A stretch of DNA of 63,374 nt, counting the filler, from Bacteriovoracaceae bacterium (lineage in GTDB: Bacteria > Bdellovibrionota > Bacteriovoracia > Bacteriovoracales > Bacteriovoracaceae): the NCBI GenBank assembly GCA_018649885.1. It is 4 parts of 4 records of this genome, joined end to end, with 100 filler letters (N's around TTAATTAATTAA, not from the genome) between each part and the next. Parts side by side here need not be neighbours in the genome. Positions count along the whole stretch, not along the records: positions 1 to 20,229 come from JABIHA010000098.1; positions 20,330 to 38,714 come from JABIHA010000128.1; 2 more parts are not named here. One strand, 5' to 3'. Shown here one piece after another: positions 10,887 to 20,715 of this stretch. Every line of letters starts with the position of its first letter. Position 1 is the stretch's first letter. A program made the translations under genes and the position numbers. The notes under the pieces were generated by a model, which saw nothing but the letters and a program-made list of their open reading frames with translations, was not told where the DNA came from and did not search any database.

Positions 10887-11161
10887 GCAATAGAAAAAAG
10901 AATCCTCTCTACGTAGTTACTAATAATGGAAAAGATGTTGAACAGGCCAAGGGTGCACTGGACGCATTTATTAAGAAGTACGGTTTGGAGCCTGCGATGA
11001 AAGTTTTCAATATTATTATGGAGCTTCTAGCGACTAAGGCCACGACTTACCCTATGTTCATGGTCTTTAAAAATGCCCTTGATAATTTACTGACTCAACT
11101 TGAAACTATGCTTAACATGCTAGAAAGTTGGACCAAAACCTGGAAACCAAAAGCAAACTAG
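10883..11161 (+). CDS. hypothetical protein translationally coupled to ParA
   Basis: ATGA overlap with the parA stop; GGAG RBS. Confidence 0.7.
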   Translation: MSNRKKNPLYVVTNNGKDVEQAKGALDAFIKKYGLEPAMKVFNIIMELLATKATTYPMFMVFKNALDNLLTQLETMLNMLESWTKTWKPKAN

Positions 11162-11162
11162 A

Positions 11163-11405
11163 TTATCTTCTGCGAGTAAGTCTTTTCGTTTTTTTTATTC
11201 CGATTTTTGTATCTTGAATTTTTGGTGGACTTAGTTTCGCCCATCCTTTTTTACCCTTAGCTTTTGCCTTTTTAATATCCTCAACCTTGAGTTCTACAAA
11301 GGGTACCGATGAGTGCTTGTCTAACCCCTTTTTCATTTCTTCCCACGTACTTGCACTGAGAGTCGAGCAGTAAAAGGCAATTAGTAGCGTGATGGCAAAT
11401 TTCAT
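11163..11405 (-). CDS. small secreted basic protein
   Basis: Signal peptide; 4-bp overlap with the upstream gene. Confidence 0.6.
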   Translation of the reverse strand: MKFAITLLIAFYCSTLSASTWEEMKKGLDKHSSVPFVELKVEDIKKAKAKGKKGWAKLSPPKIQDTKIGIKKTKRLTRRR

Positions 11406-11953
11406 AGCTTTTCCTTTTGATAGTAGGCAGATACATCTGTAGTCACTTTTGCTATGACTTGATCGTAAAGATTTTTTAAATTTTTCTCTAAGAGCTCTTG
11501 AGAGCTAGTGGAAAAATTCATTTTGGCACTAAGGGAGCTTGTTGCGATATGAACACCTGTATCAGTTGTAGCAGTAAGAGAAAAAGTGAGCTCCATAGAT
11601 TTTTCTAAAACGGCGTCGTCTGTTACTTTGATAACAAGAGAAGGAGAGAGTCCAATATCTTGTTCAGTTTTTACACGCTTGTGGTTGAAAAATTTAATCT
11701 TTCTAAAGTTAGGGCGAAGCTTTCCTATGATAAAATTTTTGAGATTTGTTTTGACTCCAATGTAGCGATACTTGGATCCACTTTCCCTGGATTCGTATCT
11801 ATCTCTTACGGCCTCATCGGGGACAAAAACCGCCAGCCTGACATGGCGAAGACCTGAAACAGCATATGGTGCAGGGCTAAGATTGTTGAGTTCATATTTT
11901 CTAGAGCAACCCAGGAGGAGAGTCAGAAGAAAAACTGAGTATAATGCTTTCAA
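11402..11953 (-). CDS. lipoprotein, unknown function
   Basis: Lipobox LLGC; AAGGA RBS before TTG. Confidence 0.7.
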   Translation of the reverse strand: MKALYSVFLLTLLLGCSRKYELNNLSPAPYAVSGLRHVRLAVFVPDEAVRDRYESRESGSKYRYIGVKTNLKNFIIGKLRPNFRKIKFFNHKRVKTEQDIGLSPSLVIKVTDDAVLEKSMELTFSLTATTDTGVHIATSSLSAKMNFSTSSQELLEKNLKNLYDQVIAKVTTDVSAYYQKEKL

Positions 11954-12052
11954 TAGGGTTCCTTTGTCTAGTTGTCATTATACTGCTGGTCACCTACTTA
12001 TCAACCCCCTTAATTTAACCTATAATACTTTTACCACTATTCAGGACGGATT

Positions 12053-14011
12053 TTGATGACCAAATTATGGATTTTATTTTTTGCTACTATACTTATTTCT
12101 TGTTCCAAAGATGATGTTAACGTCGGTCTTACGTTAGATAATATGCTCCATGATTTTCCGACTTTTCATCCCAGACTGCCAGATTACAATTTTAAAAAAT
12201 TGTCTGAAAATATTCCCTATAATACTTCTCCAAGTTCTACCTATTCGAAGAAAACTAGATGTAAGTTGAATTCCAAACGCTTTAGTGGGGGAGTTAACAA
12301 ATCAATCCTCGATATAAAGTTTTCACCAAAGAGAACTTGTTTTTCTGTTGAAGAAAGTAGTTCAAGTCAAATAGAAATCTCGTGTGTGGGTAAACCCATA
12401 AAAATTCCAAAGGTTAATGGAGCAGCTAAGTTTTCCATTGGTCTTAACCATATATGCGTTGCCAGTGATAGCGAATTAAACTGCAGCGGTGATATTAATC
12501 TCTCACAGTACCTTGAGCCTGATGCACTTGTAGAGTCTAGTCACAATTACCTTTGTTACACCGAGGATCATCAAATTTACTGCATGGGTAGAGCAAAGAA
12601 TAAAAGTCTTTTAAGTCCTCCCAAAACTATCAATCCTCAAAAGTTGGTACTGGGGAAAAGTCACGCTTGTGTTTTAGATAAGATTGATGAAATGAGAAAT
12701 ATTGTAAAATGTTGGGGAAGTAATGCTCATGGTGAAATAGAGTTTACAAATTATCTAAATAATCCCCAAGACATTTCAGTGGGCAAAGATTTTTCTTGTG
12801 CAATTGATAGAGATAAAGAAGGTGCTCGAAAGGTTTTCTGCTTTGGAAAAAAGAAAGGTCCTCAAACCATTGTGCCTACATTAAATCATCCCATTAGCAT
12901 CACTAGTTCAAAAGATTTTACTTGTGCACAAGATGCTACCTCTCCATTTTACGATGAGTATCGACTCAAGTGTTGGGGAGAGCTTGGAGATATGGCGGGC
13001 ATTGGAAATTTTAAAGCGACCAGGTTTATCAAAGCGGGCTCTTATGGCCTTTGCCTTGAGACAGATACTGGCACCAAATGTCTTGGGCCCAATTATTTTG
13101 GAGAAGTATCGACTCCGCGCATGTTAAGTAAGTTATTTATCTCTGATAAATCCATAGTCAAAAAATCCTGTGATGAAGAAGTTCCACTTAAGCATGCGCT
13201 TAGTACAGGCAGATCAGATGCTTGTGCTATTTTAAAAGACGAAATCTTTTGTTGGGGGGAAAGTCCCATCTCCACTCAAATCCCTGAGCTCGATACTCCT
13301 ATTCAAATAGTTACCGGTGAAAACCATCGGTGTGCCCTACACCGAGAGGGTATAAAGTGTTGGGGAGAAAACTATTACGGACAGCTCAATGTTCCCAGCA
13401 TAAAAAGGCCCATAGAGATTGGTCGTAGTGCTGGAAATCACACATGTGCTCTGATGTTAAATGGAAAGATCACTTGCTGGGGAGATGATTCTTTTGGCCA
13501 AATTAGTCGTATGCCAAAGCTTAGCTACCCTGTGAAAAAGATCATGACTGGAGGAGCTTACTCCTGTGTGCTTGATCAAAGTGGCCTTTCGTGTTGGGGA
13601 GGAAATTCATATGTACCCTATATGAAAGACCCCATTGATCTGGCCCCCACAAAAAACAATGCCTGCGCACTGACAAAGGATGAAATTATCTGCTGGGATT
13701 TTTTCATGAATATGGTGAGCATAAGAGAAAAGCTGATAGCACCCAAATGGATTACCTCTGATAGATCTGAAGTATGTGTAATGGATCAATCAACACTCAA
13801 GTGTTTTAAAGAGAATTTCTTTTTTGGCATGACAGAAATAGGGCAAATCAAAAAGGATTTTCGAATTTATCAACCAGTTTCAGGTGATAGCAATGTTTTT
13901 TGTGGGATTGAAGAAAAGTCAGATACTATAGTTTGTGAAGGGGCTCCTGAAAGTCGCGGCTTTGGTACTCCGAGATTGAAATATACAAAATTTGGTTTTA
14001 AAAAATATTAG
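12053..14011 (+). CDS. RCC1/BLIP-II-like repeat lipoprotein
   Basis: Lipobox LISC; repeated H.C.L....KCWG.N..GQ motifs. Confidence 0.8.
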   Translation: MMTKLWILFFATILISCSKDDVNVGLTLDNMLHDFPTFHPRLPDYNFKKLSENIPYNTSPSSTYSKKTRCKLNSKRFSGGVNKSILDIKFSPKRTCFSVEESSSSQIEISCVGKPIKIPKVNGAAKFSIGLNHICVASDSELNCSGDINLSQYLEPDALVESSHNYLCYTEDHQIYCMGRAKNKSLLSPPKTINPQKLVLGKSHACVLDKIDEMRNIVKCWGSNAHGEIEFTNYLNNPQDISVGKDFSCAIDRDKEGARKVFCFGKKKGPQTIVPTLNHPISITSSKDFTCAQDATSPFYDEYRLKCWGELGDMAGIGNFKATRFIKAGSYGLCLETDTGTKCLGPNYFGEVSTPRMLSKLFISDKSIVKKSCDEEVPLKHALSTGRSDACAILKDEIFCWGESPISTQIPELDTPIQIVTGENHRCALHREGIKCWGENYYGQLNVPSIKRPIEIGRSAGNHTCALMLNGKITCWGDDSFGQISRMPKLSYPVKKIMTGGAYSCVLDQSGLSCWGGNSYVPYMKDPIDLAPTKNNACALTKDEIICWDFFMNMVSIREKLIAPKWITSDRSEVCVMDQSTLKCFKENFFFGMTEIGQIKKDFRIYQPVSGDSNVFCGIEEKSDTIVCEGAPESRGFGTPRLKYTKFGFKKY

Positions 14012-14072
14012 CCAATTCTACTTGAAGGTAGTACCAAAAACCGTGTCCCAAATCTCTAATTTTGAAGAATAT

Positions 14073-17000
14073 CTACTCTAGCGAGAAAGGAATGACTTGG
14101 TAGTCACCTTCATTATAAGTCGCTTCATTATCTGAGACATCAGTTTCTCCAGCACGTCTGAAGTAATCAAAATTTAAATTAATAGTTGTTGGGACATCCC
14201 CATTGAGATTTCTGATTCTTTCTATTGGAACAAATGATTCGTAGGTGTTTCCTGGGTAAACTCTAAATCCATTACCGTATCTTGCAGAACCGTTCATGAC
14301 AGCAGAGTAAACCATATTTTGGTCATTAACCTCCATTGGGCAATCTCCAGCATAACTAAAGCTGAGTCTCAAGGCCCCCCAATTGTGGTCCATTACAGGG
14401 GCAAGTGGGGTGGCATTTTTTGCACAAAGATAGTCAAAAGGAATTGAACCATTGGTGGGGAAAAATTTAATTGTTCTGGTAAGGTTATTATTTTGGATAT
14501 TATTTTCAACCATTCTTCCATCTGTATTAATACTCGCTTCTACAGTTATATCCATGGCCTCGCCTTGTGCATTGACCAAATCTTCAATTCCCAAGTCGAG
14601 ATTTATTTTATAAACAAAGCCTCTTTCTGGAGATGGAGTTGAGAAGATTCCACTGCTTGAACGTGTTATTCCTGTTTGAGGAATACTGATGTAGATATTT
14701 GGCCTATAGCCTCTATCATCTCTGCCAGGCTCTGTACCAATATTTTTAACAAGTACAAGAATTTCACCATTCATTCCTTTGAAGTTGAGCTTGATATCCT
14801 CAATTTTAAAATCGGCAACACCTTCAGCGGGAATAGACAAGCTTTTTGAGAAGTCATTATTAGTTTCTCCCTCTGCTCCTTCACCTATTGTATTTTGAGT
14901 ATCAATACTGGCACTTACTTGAACAGTTTGACCGCGAATAGTATCTAGCTCTGAGATGGGAATTGAAATGAATTCTTTATAAAGATCATAAACTCGAAAT
15001 GTATGCTCCCTAGTATAGGTATGACCACCTATATTGAGATCAATTTTAAATTTTGTTCCTCTGGCAAGTCCATTGGCCTCGCCACTGTATTCGTATGTCA
15101 GCTTGACCACCAAATCATCTACAACCACATCGGTGATTGTCAGATCGGGGATTCCAACTTCACTAAAATTGATATTTGTATTGTAAATATTATCTACTTC
15201 GTTGTGCTCAACATAGGCATTAACTGGGTCAACAATAAAGAGGACTGGGTTATCAATGCCGATTTCAAAGCCCAGTTCATATAAACTAAATCTCACTTCA
15301 ACGCCATTTCCCCAAGTGGTAGGAGGTAAAGCTTCTCTTACTCCAACAGTTTTTGAAATTTGAGTACCATCTGCTAGAATTGCCCAAAGTATAATACTTC
15401 TTGTAAAACTGACATCAGCACTTGCATCTCCTCCATTTTTTACAAAAACCTTTAGAGTTTCTCCTTCAATTTCATGAGTTGAGACAAATAAATTGGATCT
15501 CAATTGAGGTATGTTGATTTGCTCTTGAAATATTTCATTGTTGTCTTCATTGATTTCTGGAAATCTATCAAAGTAGTCGAGTTGAACTTTAAAAGATGAG
15601 CTCGCACTTGATTCATTAGATCCAAGCTTATCAACAAGTGCTGTCCACACTCCATCAGTCACTTCATGTGTTTTGATTTCTCCATCTTGGGGTAGTGGAA
15701 GATTTACAATTGTGTAGTCATTATCGTCAGAGTTTTCTAGTGTGATTTTTGCTTCAAAACGATCTCTTCCGCTTAGGGTACCTCTTGTTAACTGATAACT
15801 AAATCGAACCTTTCTATTTTCGCCATCAAATTCAGCAGAAATAAGGTGTAAGTCTGGTGCAACAAAAGTAAAGGTTTCAAAAACCTCATTATCTTCACCA
15901 TCACCTTCAGTGGTACTTTGATCATAGTAATATTTGTAAACCCTTGCCGAAATGGTGACATCTCCATCGAGAAGAGATGACCAATTAATTGATCCCATTG
16001 ATTTTCTCACAACCAGCTCTTCTCCCGGTGCAAGAGGGCCTTGATTTTGATCAATGTGAAGATAGTGAGACTCATTAATTGCTTGTCTTTTTATCCGAAC
16101 AGCAAAGTTATTTGTTGGTGCACTTCCTTCATTTTTAACTGTTGCACTGAAGAGGCCTGTTTCGCTATTAAAATTAAAATTTGAAATAGATAGGTCATAG
16201 CCATATTTTGGGTGAATAGAGGAGTTCGAAATATTATTTTCCTCACTAGTTTCTTCAAGAGAGTTGGTTGGATCAAGTACAATCTTTATATTTTGATCTC
16301 TTTTGTAATCAATTCTAAAATTAGCTGGACTGATGTTGAAAGTGTGACCAGGGCCTAATTGATCCAGTGTAAAGTCAATTTGGTGTGATCTCAGTTGTTC
16401 TAAATTCTCACCTACTTCAAATATTTTAAAAGAAGCACTTGGACAACCACTTGGGCAAACCATTTCTAAATTTTGAACTTCTACAGTTGAGCCTTCAGGA
16501 GAGAGCGTGATTTCACCAAATGCTAAGTCAACAATTTGTGGAGTATAGACATTTTCATGAGTCAGTTGGTTATCAGTGCTATCCCCATCGCTTGCAGCAT
16601 TTGTAGTGAACTCAAAACTACCGCCATACACAGCAATTTGTTGATCACTACTTAATTGATAACCCACAAGTAGTTTTTCTCCCGGCGCAAGAGAGCTTAG
16701 AGCTCTTGGTGAGCTCATGACAACGTTCTGTCCATTATAAGTGAGCGTTACACTATAGCTAGATAGCTGATTGACGCCTTTATTTTCAATCAATGCACTC
16801 ATAACCTCGCTTGTCTTATCGAAAGTTAAACTCAACACTGAAAGATCATAGAGATACTTTGGAGTTCTTGTACTATTGTATAGGTTATTTTCCTCTGAAA
16901 GCTCAGAAATGAGTTTTCCTGGGTCAATCACAAAGCTTAAGTCATAAGGAGCTTTTTTATCAAGAGATAGTTCGCTGTCATAAACACTCAAATCACCGCC

Positions 17001-19331
17001 TTGCTGAGAAATCGTTTTGTCGATTCTGCCAATCAGTTTCTTTGATGAATCATAGGCAGAAATTTGAATTGTTACATCCTCACAACTCTCACAAGAATTG
17101 GTACTTGTGACTGAAAAGGTGGTTCTATCGGAATAACTGCTGACATTGAGGCTGGATAATTCAAACTCAGGTAAAGGGCGTGCGGGAGTGGTGTAGGAAA
17201 TTGTTTGTGAGTTATTACTTTGATTGTCTTCTGCTAGCTCAATTAAAAAATCCATATTTACTGAAAATTTATAGGCACTTTCATAGTCCAAATTAAATTC
17301 TGACAAGTCATATGAGTATTGTTGTGATTCTCCAATATTTAGGCCTGCGACTGGAAGAGAGGCCATTTTAATTACTCCGGCAGCCTCTAATATTACTTGG
17401 ATATCTGATTCACCTTGTGCGATATAATCTAGGTCACCAATATTTTCGATTTTAAACTTTACGCTTTCATCTTCAATTTTAAGACCTGATACAGCGAAAT
17501 CAACTTTTCTTTGTCTAACAAAAATGGGAACATTTCTGGTGTATTCATTATTTGATAGATTTGTTTCCCCCTCAATCCCACTTACCTTAAAAATGAGAAA
17601 GACTTCTTCATCAAAAAAGAGCCCGTCGAGATTATCAATCAACTCACTCATCCAGACGGATAATGCAGCAGTATTGTTACCGTTTACATTTCCAGGTGAA
17701 ATAGTTTTAATTAAATGGCGATCTCCACTTCCTTGTGCATAAACTTCTATTAATGGCTTAATAAAGTATGAATTCAAACCACCTTTTAATTTATAATATA
17801 TTATTAAAGATTGTCCCAGATCGTAGGTGTACAAAAGTTGAAGATCTGGCTCAGAGTAGTTAACCTGTGCCACTCTTTTATTATTTTTTTCATCACTTTC
17901 ATGAATGGCATCGTCTTGATCAACGATTAAATAAAGCATGTATTGGCCATAGCGATATTTTAGGCCGAGCTCAGAAAAAGTAAGCTCTTTGTTAAATACT
18001 TGTTGTGGTGCTAAAGGCTGAGCAGCATTCGAAGCATAAATGAGCTCTCCACCACTTTGAGTGACAATTTTATAACTAACTCCCTCAATCGCCTCTGGTG
18101 ATAGATTTTGAATAGAGAGAGAAATAGTGCCATTTCTTGAATCGATGACAAATCCACTGGCCTTCAAATCACTGGTAAAGCTACTTTCTGCTGTGATCTC
18201 AACTTGAGAAATGATCGAATTGTTATCATCTTGATATTCTTCAGCACTTTGGTGTGGTTGAATCACACTGATAAGGTTTTGGATCCCTTCTTCCAATTCA
18301 AGCTGATCAATTCTAATGCTCACTATTTTTGACGCTCCTGGCGCTATCGCTGGAATTGAATCAACTCTTTGGTGATTTGAAAAACTTTCGTCACCACTTG
18401 TTTGAATTATTAATTCTGGAGAGCTGGCAAATCCTTCATTTGTAATAGTAAGATTTAAATATGATTCATTTTGACCACTGGATGTAATTTTAAGATCATA
18501 CTTTTCAATTGCCTCAAATAAGGTCACATCAAAACTGCCTCTATTATTTTCTTTATTAAATTCAAAAATTTCTCCATCTGGGTCAACGACTACATGGACA
18601 GAGAGACTTTCAATGGCCTGATCATTTGATGAAAATAGTGCGGCCAAGTCTTTAAGTGGAAATTTTGAAAATTTAATTTCAACGACTTCTTGAGGAGCTG
18701 GGATTTTAATTGGAGCACTTTCAATTAAATACTCACTGGGAAGATAGCTCCCCATATGTTTTCCATCTAAAATTTCAAAGTTTACGAAAAGCTTGATTTT
18801 AAACTCTGAAGAATCTAGGTGGTAGTTAACATCACTAGTGCTTTCATTTATTATGCTCAAATTGAGAAATTTACCATCATTAGTAATGCCCAATACTTTG
18901 AGATCCGGCAAAATGGGAAACTCGATGACATCTTCTAGTAAATCTGATTTCTGGCTCAATTTATGGTTTGAGCTAATTCTGCCTTTGATTTTTGATTCTG
19001 AGCTCAAATCACTTAAGTACAGGGAGTCTGAGACTTTATTATCATCTACATAAATTTCATTTACAATCTCAATCAGCTCTTGATCTAGCTTTAACTCAGC
19101 ACTTGGAGCAACGGAAAAATTAGTGACGATTTCCACTCCTTCAAAAAGTTCAGCTTTAGGGGCGATATCCCACTCAATTTTTGAAATATGTGGATGTGGC
19201 TCGGGAGCGGCGACTATTGGGGGCTGGGTAGAAGTTCCACCTCTGGCTCCGGCACTTCCTCCTCCTCCTGAATTGCAACCAGAGAAAAGAATAACAGAAA
19301 GTAATACAGTTGTTGGGAGAAGGTTTTTCAT
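14073..19331 (-). CDS. large CARDB-repeat lipoprotein (putative adhesin)
   Basis: Lipobox FSGC + Gly linker; many DL.I....N.G...DP...I.E..E.NN repeats. Confidence 0.8.
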   Translation of the reverse strand: MKNLLPTTVLLSVILFSGCNSGGGGSAGARGGTSTQPPIVAAPEPHPHISKIEWDIAPKAELFEGVEIVTNFSVAPSAELKLDQELIEIVNEIYVDDNKVSDSLYLSDLSSESKIKGRISSNHKLSQKSDLLEDVIEFPILPDLKVLGITNDGKFLNLSIINESTSDVNYHLDSSEFKIKLFVNFEILDGKHMGSYLPSEYLIESAPIKIPAPQEVVEIKFSKFPLKDLAALFSSNDQAIESLSVHVVVDPDGEIFEFNKENNRGSFDVTLFEAIEKYDLKITSSGQNESYLNLTITNEGFASSPELIIQTSGDESFSNHQRVDSIPAIAPGASKIVSIRIDQLELEEGIQNLISVIQPHQSAEEYQDDNNSIISQVEITAESSFTSDLKASGFVIDSRNGTISLSIQNLSPEAIEGVSYKIVTQSGGELIYASNAAQPLAPQQVFNKELTFSELGLKYRYGQYMLYLIVDQDDAIHESDEKNNKRVAQVNYSEPDLQLLYTYDLGQSLIIYYKLKGGLNSYFIKPLIEVYAQGSGDRHLIKTISPGNVNGNNTAALSVWMSELIDNLDGLFFDEEVFLIFKVSGIEGETNLSNNEYTRNVPIFVRQRKVDFAVSGLKIEDESVKFKIENIGDLDYIAQGESDIQVILEAAGVIKMASLPVAGLNIGESQQYSYDLSEFNLDYESAYKFSVNMDFLIELAEDNQSNNSQTISYTTPARPLPEFELSSLNVSSYSDRTTFSVTSTNSCESCEDVTIQISAYDSSKKLIGRIDKTISQQGGDLSVYDSELSLDKKAPYDLSFVIDPGKLISELSEENNLYNSTRTPKYLYDLSVLSLTFDKTSEVMSALIENKGVNQLSSYSVTLTYNGQNVVMSSPRALSSLAPGEKLLVGYQLSSDQQIAVYGGSFEFTTNAASDGDSTDNQLTHENVYTPQIVDLAFGEITLSPEGSTVEVQNLEMVCPSGCPSASFKIFEVGENLEQLRSHQIDFTLDQLGPGHTFNISPANFRIDYKRDQNIKIVLDPTNSLEETSEENNISNSSIHPKYGYDLSISNFNFNSETGLFSATVKNEGSAPTNNFAVRIKRQAINESHYLHIDQNQGPLAPGEELVVRKSMGSINWSSLLDGDVTISARVYKYYYDQSTTEGDGEDNEVFETFTFVAPDLHLISAEFDGENRKVRFSYQLTRGTLSGRDRFEAKITLENSDDNDYTIVNLPLPQDGEIKTHEVTDGVWTALVDKLGSNESSASSSFKVQLDYFDRFPEINEDNNEIFQEQINIPQLRSNLFVSTHEIEGETLKVFVKNGGDASADVSFTRSIILWAILADGTQISKTVGVREALPPTTWGNGVEVRFSLYELGFEIGIDNPVLFIVDPVNAYVEHNEVDNIYNTNINFSEVGIPDLTITDVVVDDLVVKLTYEYSGEANGLARGTKFKIDLNIGGHTYTREHTFRVYDLYKEFISIPISELDTIRGQTVQVSASIDTQNTIGEGAEGETNNDFSKSLSIPAEGVADFKIEDIKLNFKGMNGEILVLVKNIGTEPGRDDRGYRPNIYISIPQTGITRSSSGIFSTPSPERGFVYKINLDLGIEDLVNAQGEAMDITVEASINTDGRMVENNIQNNNLTRTIKFFPTNGSIPFDYLCAKNATPLAPVMDHNWGALRLSFSYAGDCPMEVNDQNMVYSAVMNGSARYGNGFRVYPGNTYESFVPIERIRNLNGDVPTTINLNFDYFRRAGETDVSDNEATYNEGDYQVIPFSLE

Positions 19332-19701
19332 TTAGTATCATCCTTGATAGCAAACATTTTTCATTTGGCCATGCTTCATGCACACTCCTTATTATTCAAG
19401 TTGGATGCCAAGTTTTTGAACAAAAAAGCAGTTAGTTAAAAGATTTAGGTGTTCTAAAATTTGACGGCCACGCACTTTATTTTCTACTGAGAACTCAAGT
19501 TGATAACTCTAGGTTCTGAAATGCCAAGCCGGTTTCACAATGCTGGAAAAATCCGCAAAAGAAAGGGTTTACCCAATGTGACTGTTCTATTGTTGTAGCA
19601 TTCTAAATAATAAATAGAGAGTAAGGAGGCATGGATAGTCCGATCAGCACTTTGCTCCTAAATAGTATTAATTGAAATTAAGTTTGATTTTAAATGTATA
19701 G

Positions 19702-19729
19702 TAAGGTTGTTCCTTTACTTGACCGAACG
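19702..19729 (+). promoter_or_regulatory. putative sigma28/FliA-type promoter
   Basis: TAAG-N16-ACCGAACG upstream of the 19784 CDS. Confidence 0.3.
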
Positions 19730-19783
19730 GCATTTATGTAAATTTCAGCATCATTTGCTATTACTTAATCGGGAGCACATAGC

Positions 19784-20098
19784 GTGAAACAATATCTACT
19801 TTATTTATCTCTCTTTTTTTCTTTTTGGCTCATTGCAACTCCTGTTAATGCGGATTGGTTTGTCAATGGTAACGGTAATCTTGAAAATGAGAATGGAACC
19901 ATACAAGTATGCGGTGAAGGTGGATGTAATGCAAGGAAGGCCAATCGAGACCAAAAGAAATTAGATCGTAAAAAAAGAAGAAAAGCAAGGAAAGCAGCTC
20001 GAAAAAGGCGTAAGTCTGCCAAAGATAGTGGTAACGGTGTTCAGGGCGGAAATGGGGCTTGTGATGATTCTGATCTTGGATGTCTAAATTGGAAGTAA
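19784..20098 (+). CDS. small secreted protein with Lys/Arg-rich core
   Basis: Signal peptide ending VNA; GGGAG RBS; basic stretch flanked by Cys pairs. Confidence 0.7.
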   Translation: MKQYLLYLSLFFSFWLIATPVNADWFVNGNGNLENENGTIQVCGEGGCNARKANRDQKKLDRKKRRKARKAARKRRKSAKDSGNGVQGGNGACDDSDLGCLNWK

Positions 20099-20229
20099 CA
20101 CGAGTCGCGTTTACAACACCTGACTAAAATTGCCTTTTAATTTTGAGTCATACGTCTTCAGTTAAAATTGTAATTACTACAGAACAATTTTAACAAAGGA
20201 AAAACGTATGACTCATCAACAGTATCTCA

Positions 20230-20329
20230 NNNNNNNNNNNNNNNNNNNNNNNNNNNNNNNNNNNNNNNNNNNNTTAATTAATTAANNNNNNNNNNNNNNN
20301 NNNNNNNNNNNNNNNNNNNNNNNNNNNNN
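20230..20329. other. assembly linker (N44-TTAATTAATTAA-N44)
   Basis: 100-nt spacer with all-frame stop linker. Confidence 0.97.
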
Positions 20330-20715
20330 GCAACAGCAGAAGCTCAGGCGAGTGCCACTGCAGAAGCTCAGGCGAGTGCCACTGCAGAAGCTCAGGCGAG
20401 TGCCACTGCAAATGCTCAGGCATCAGCAACAGCAGAAGCAGCAGCGAGTGCCACAGCAGAAGCTCAGGCAAGTGCCACAGCAGAAGCTCAGGCGAGTGCA
20501 ACAGCAGAAGCTCAGGCGAGTGCCACTGCAGAAGCTCAGGCGAGTGCCACTGCATATGCGGAGGCAAGTGCCACAGCAAATGCTCAGGCAAGTGCAACGG
20601 CAGAGGCAGCAGCAAGTGCCACAGCAGAAGCGGCTGCGAGCGCAACAGCTGAGGCCCAAGCTAGTGCAACAGCAGATGCTCAGGCGTCGGCCACAGCAGA
20701 TGCTCAGGCAACAGT
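20330..20715 (+). repeat. 24-bp coding tandem repeat (GCAGAAGCTCAGGCGAGTGCCACT; AEAQASAT)
   Basis: About 16 variably degenerate units abutting the gap. Confidence 0.9.

Noticed and set aside
20274..20285. TTAATTAATTAA palindrome repeated three times in the window
   Set aside because: Artificial all-frame-stop contig linker embedded in Ns.
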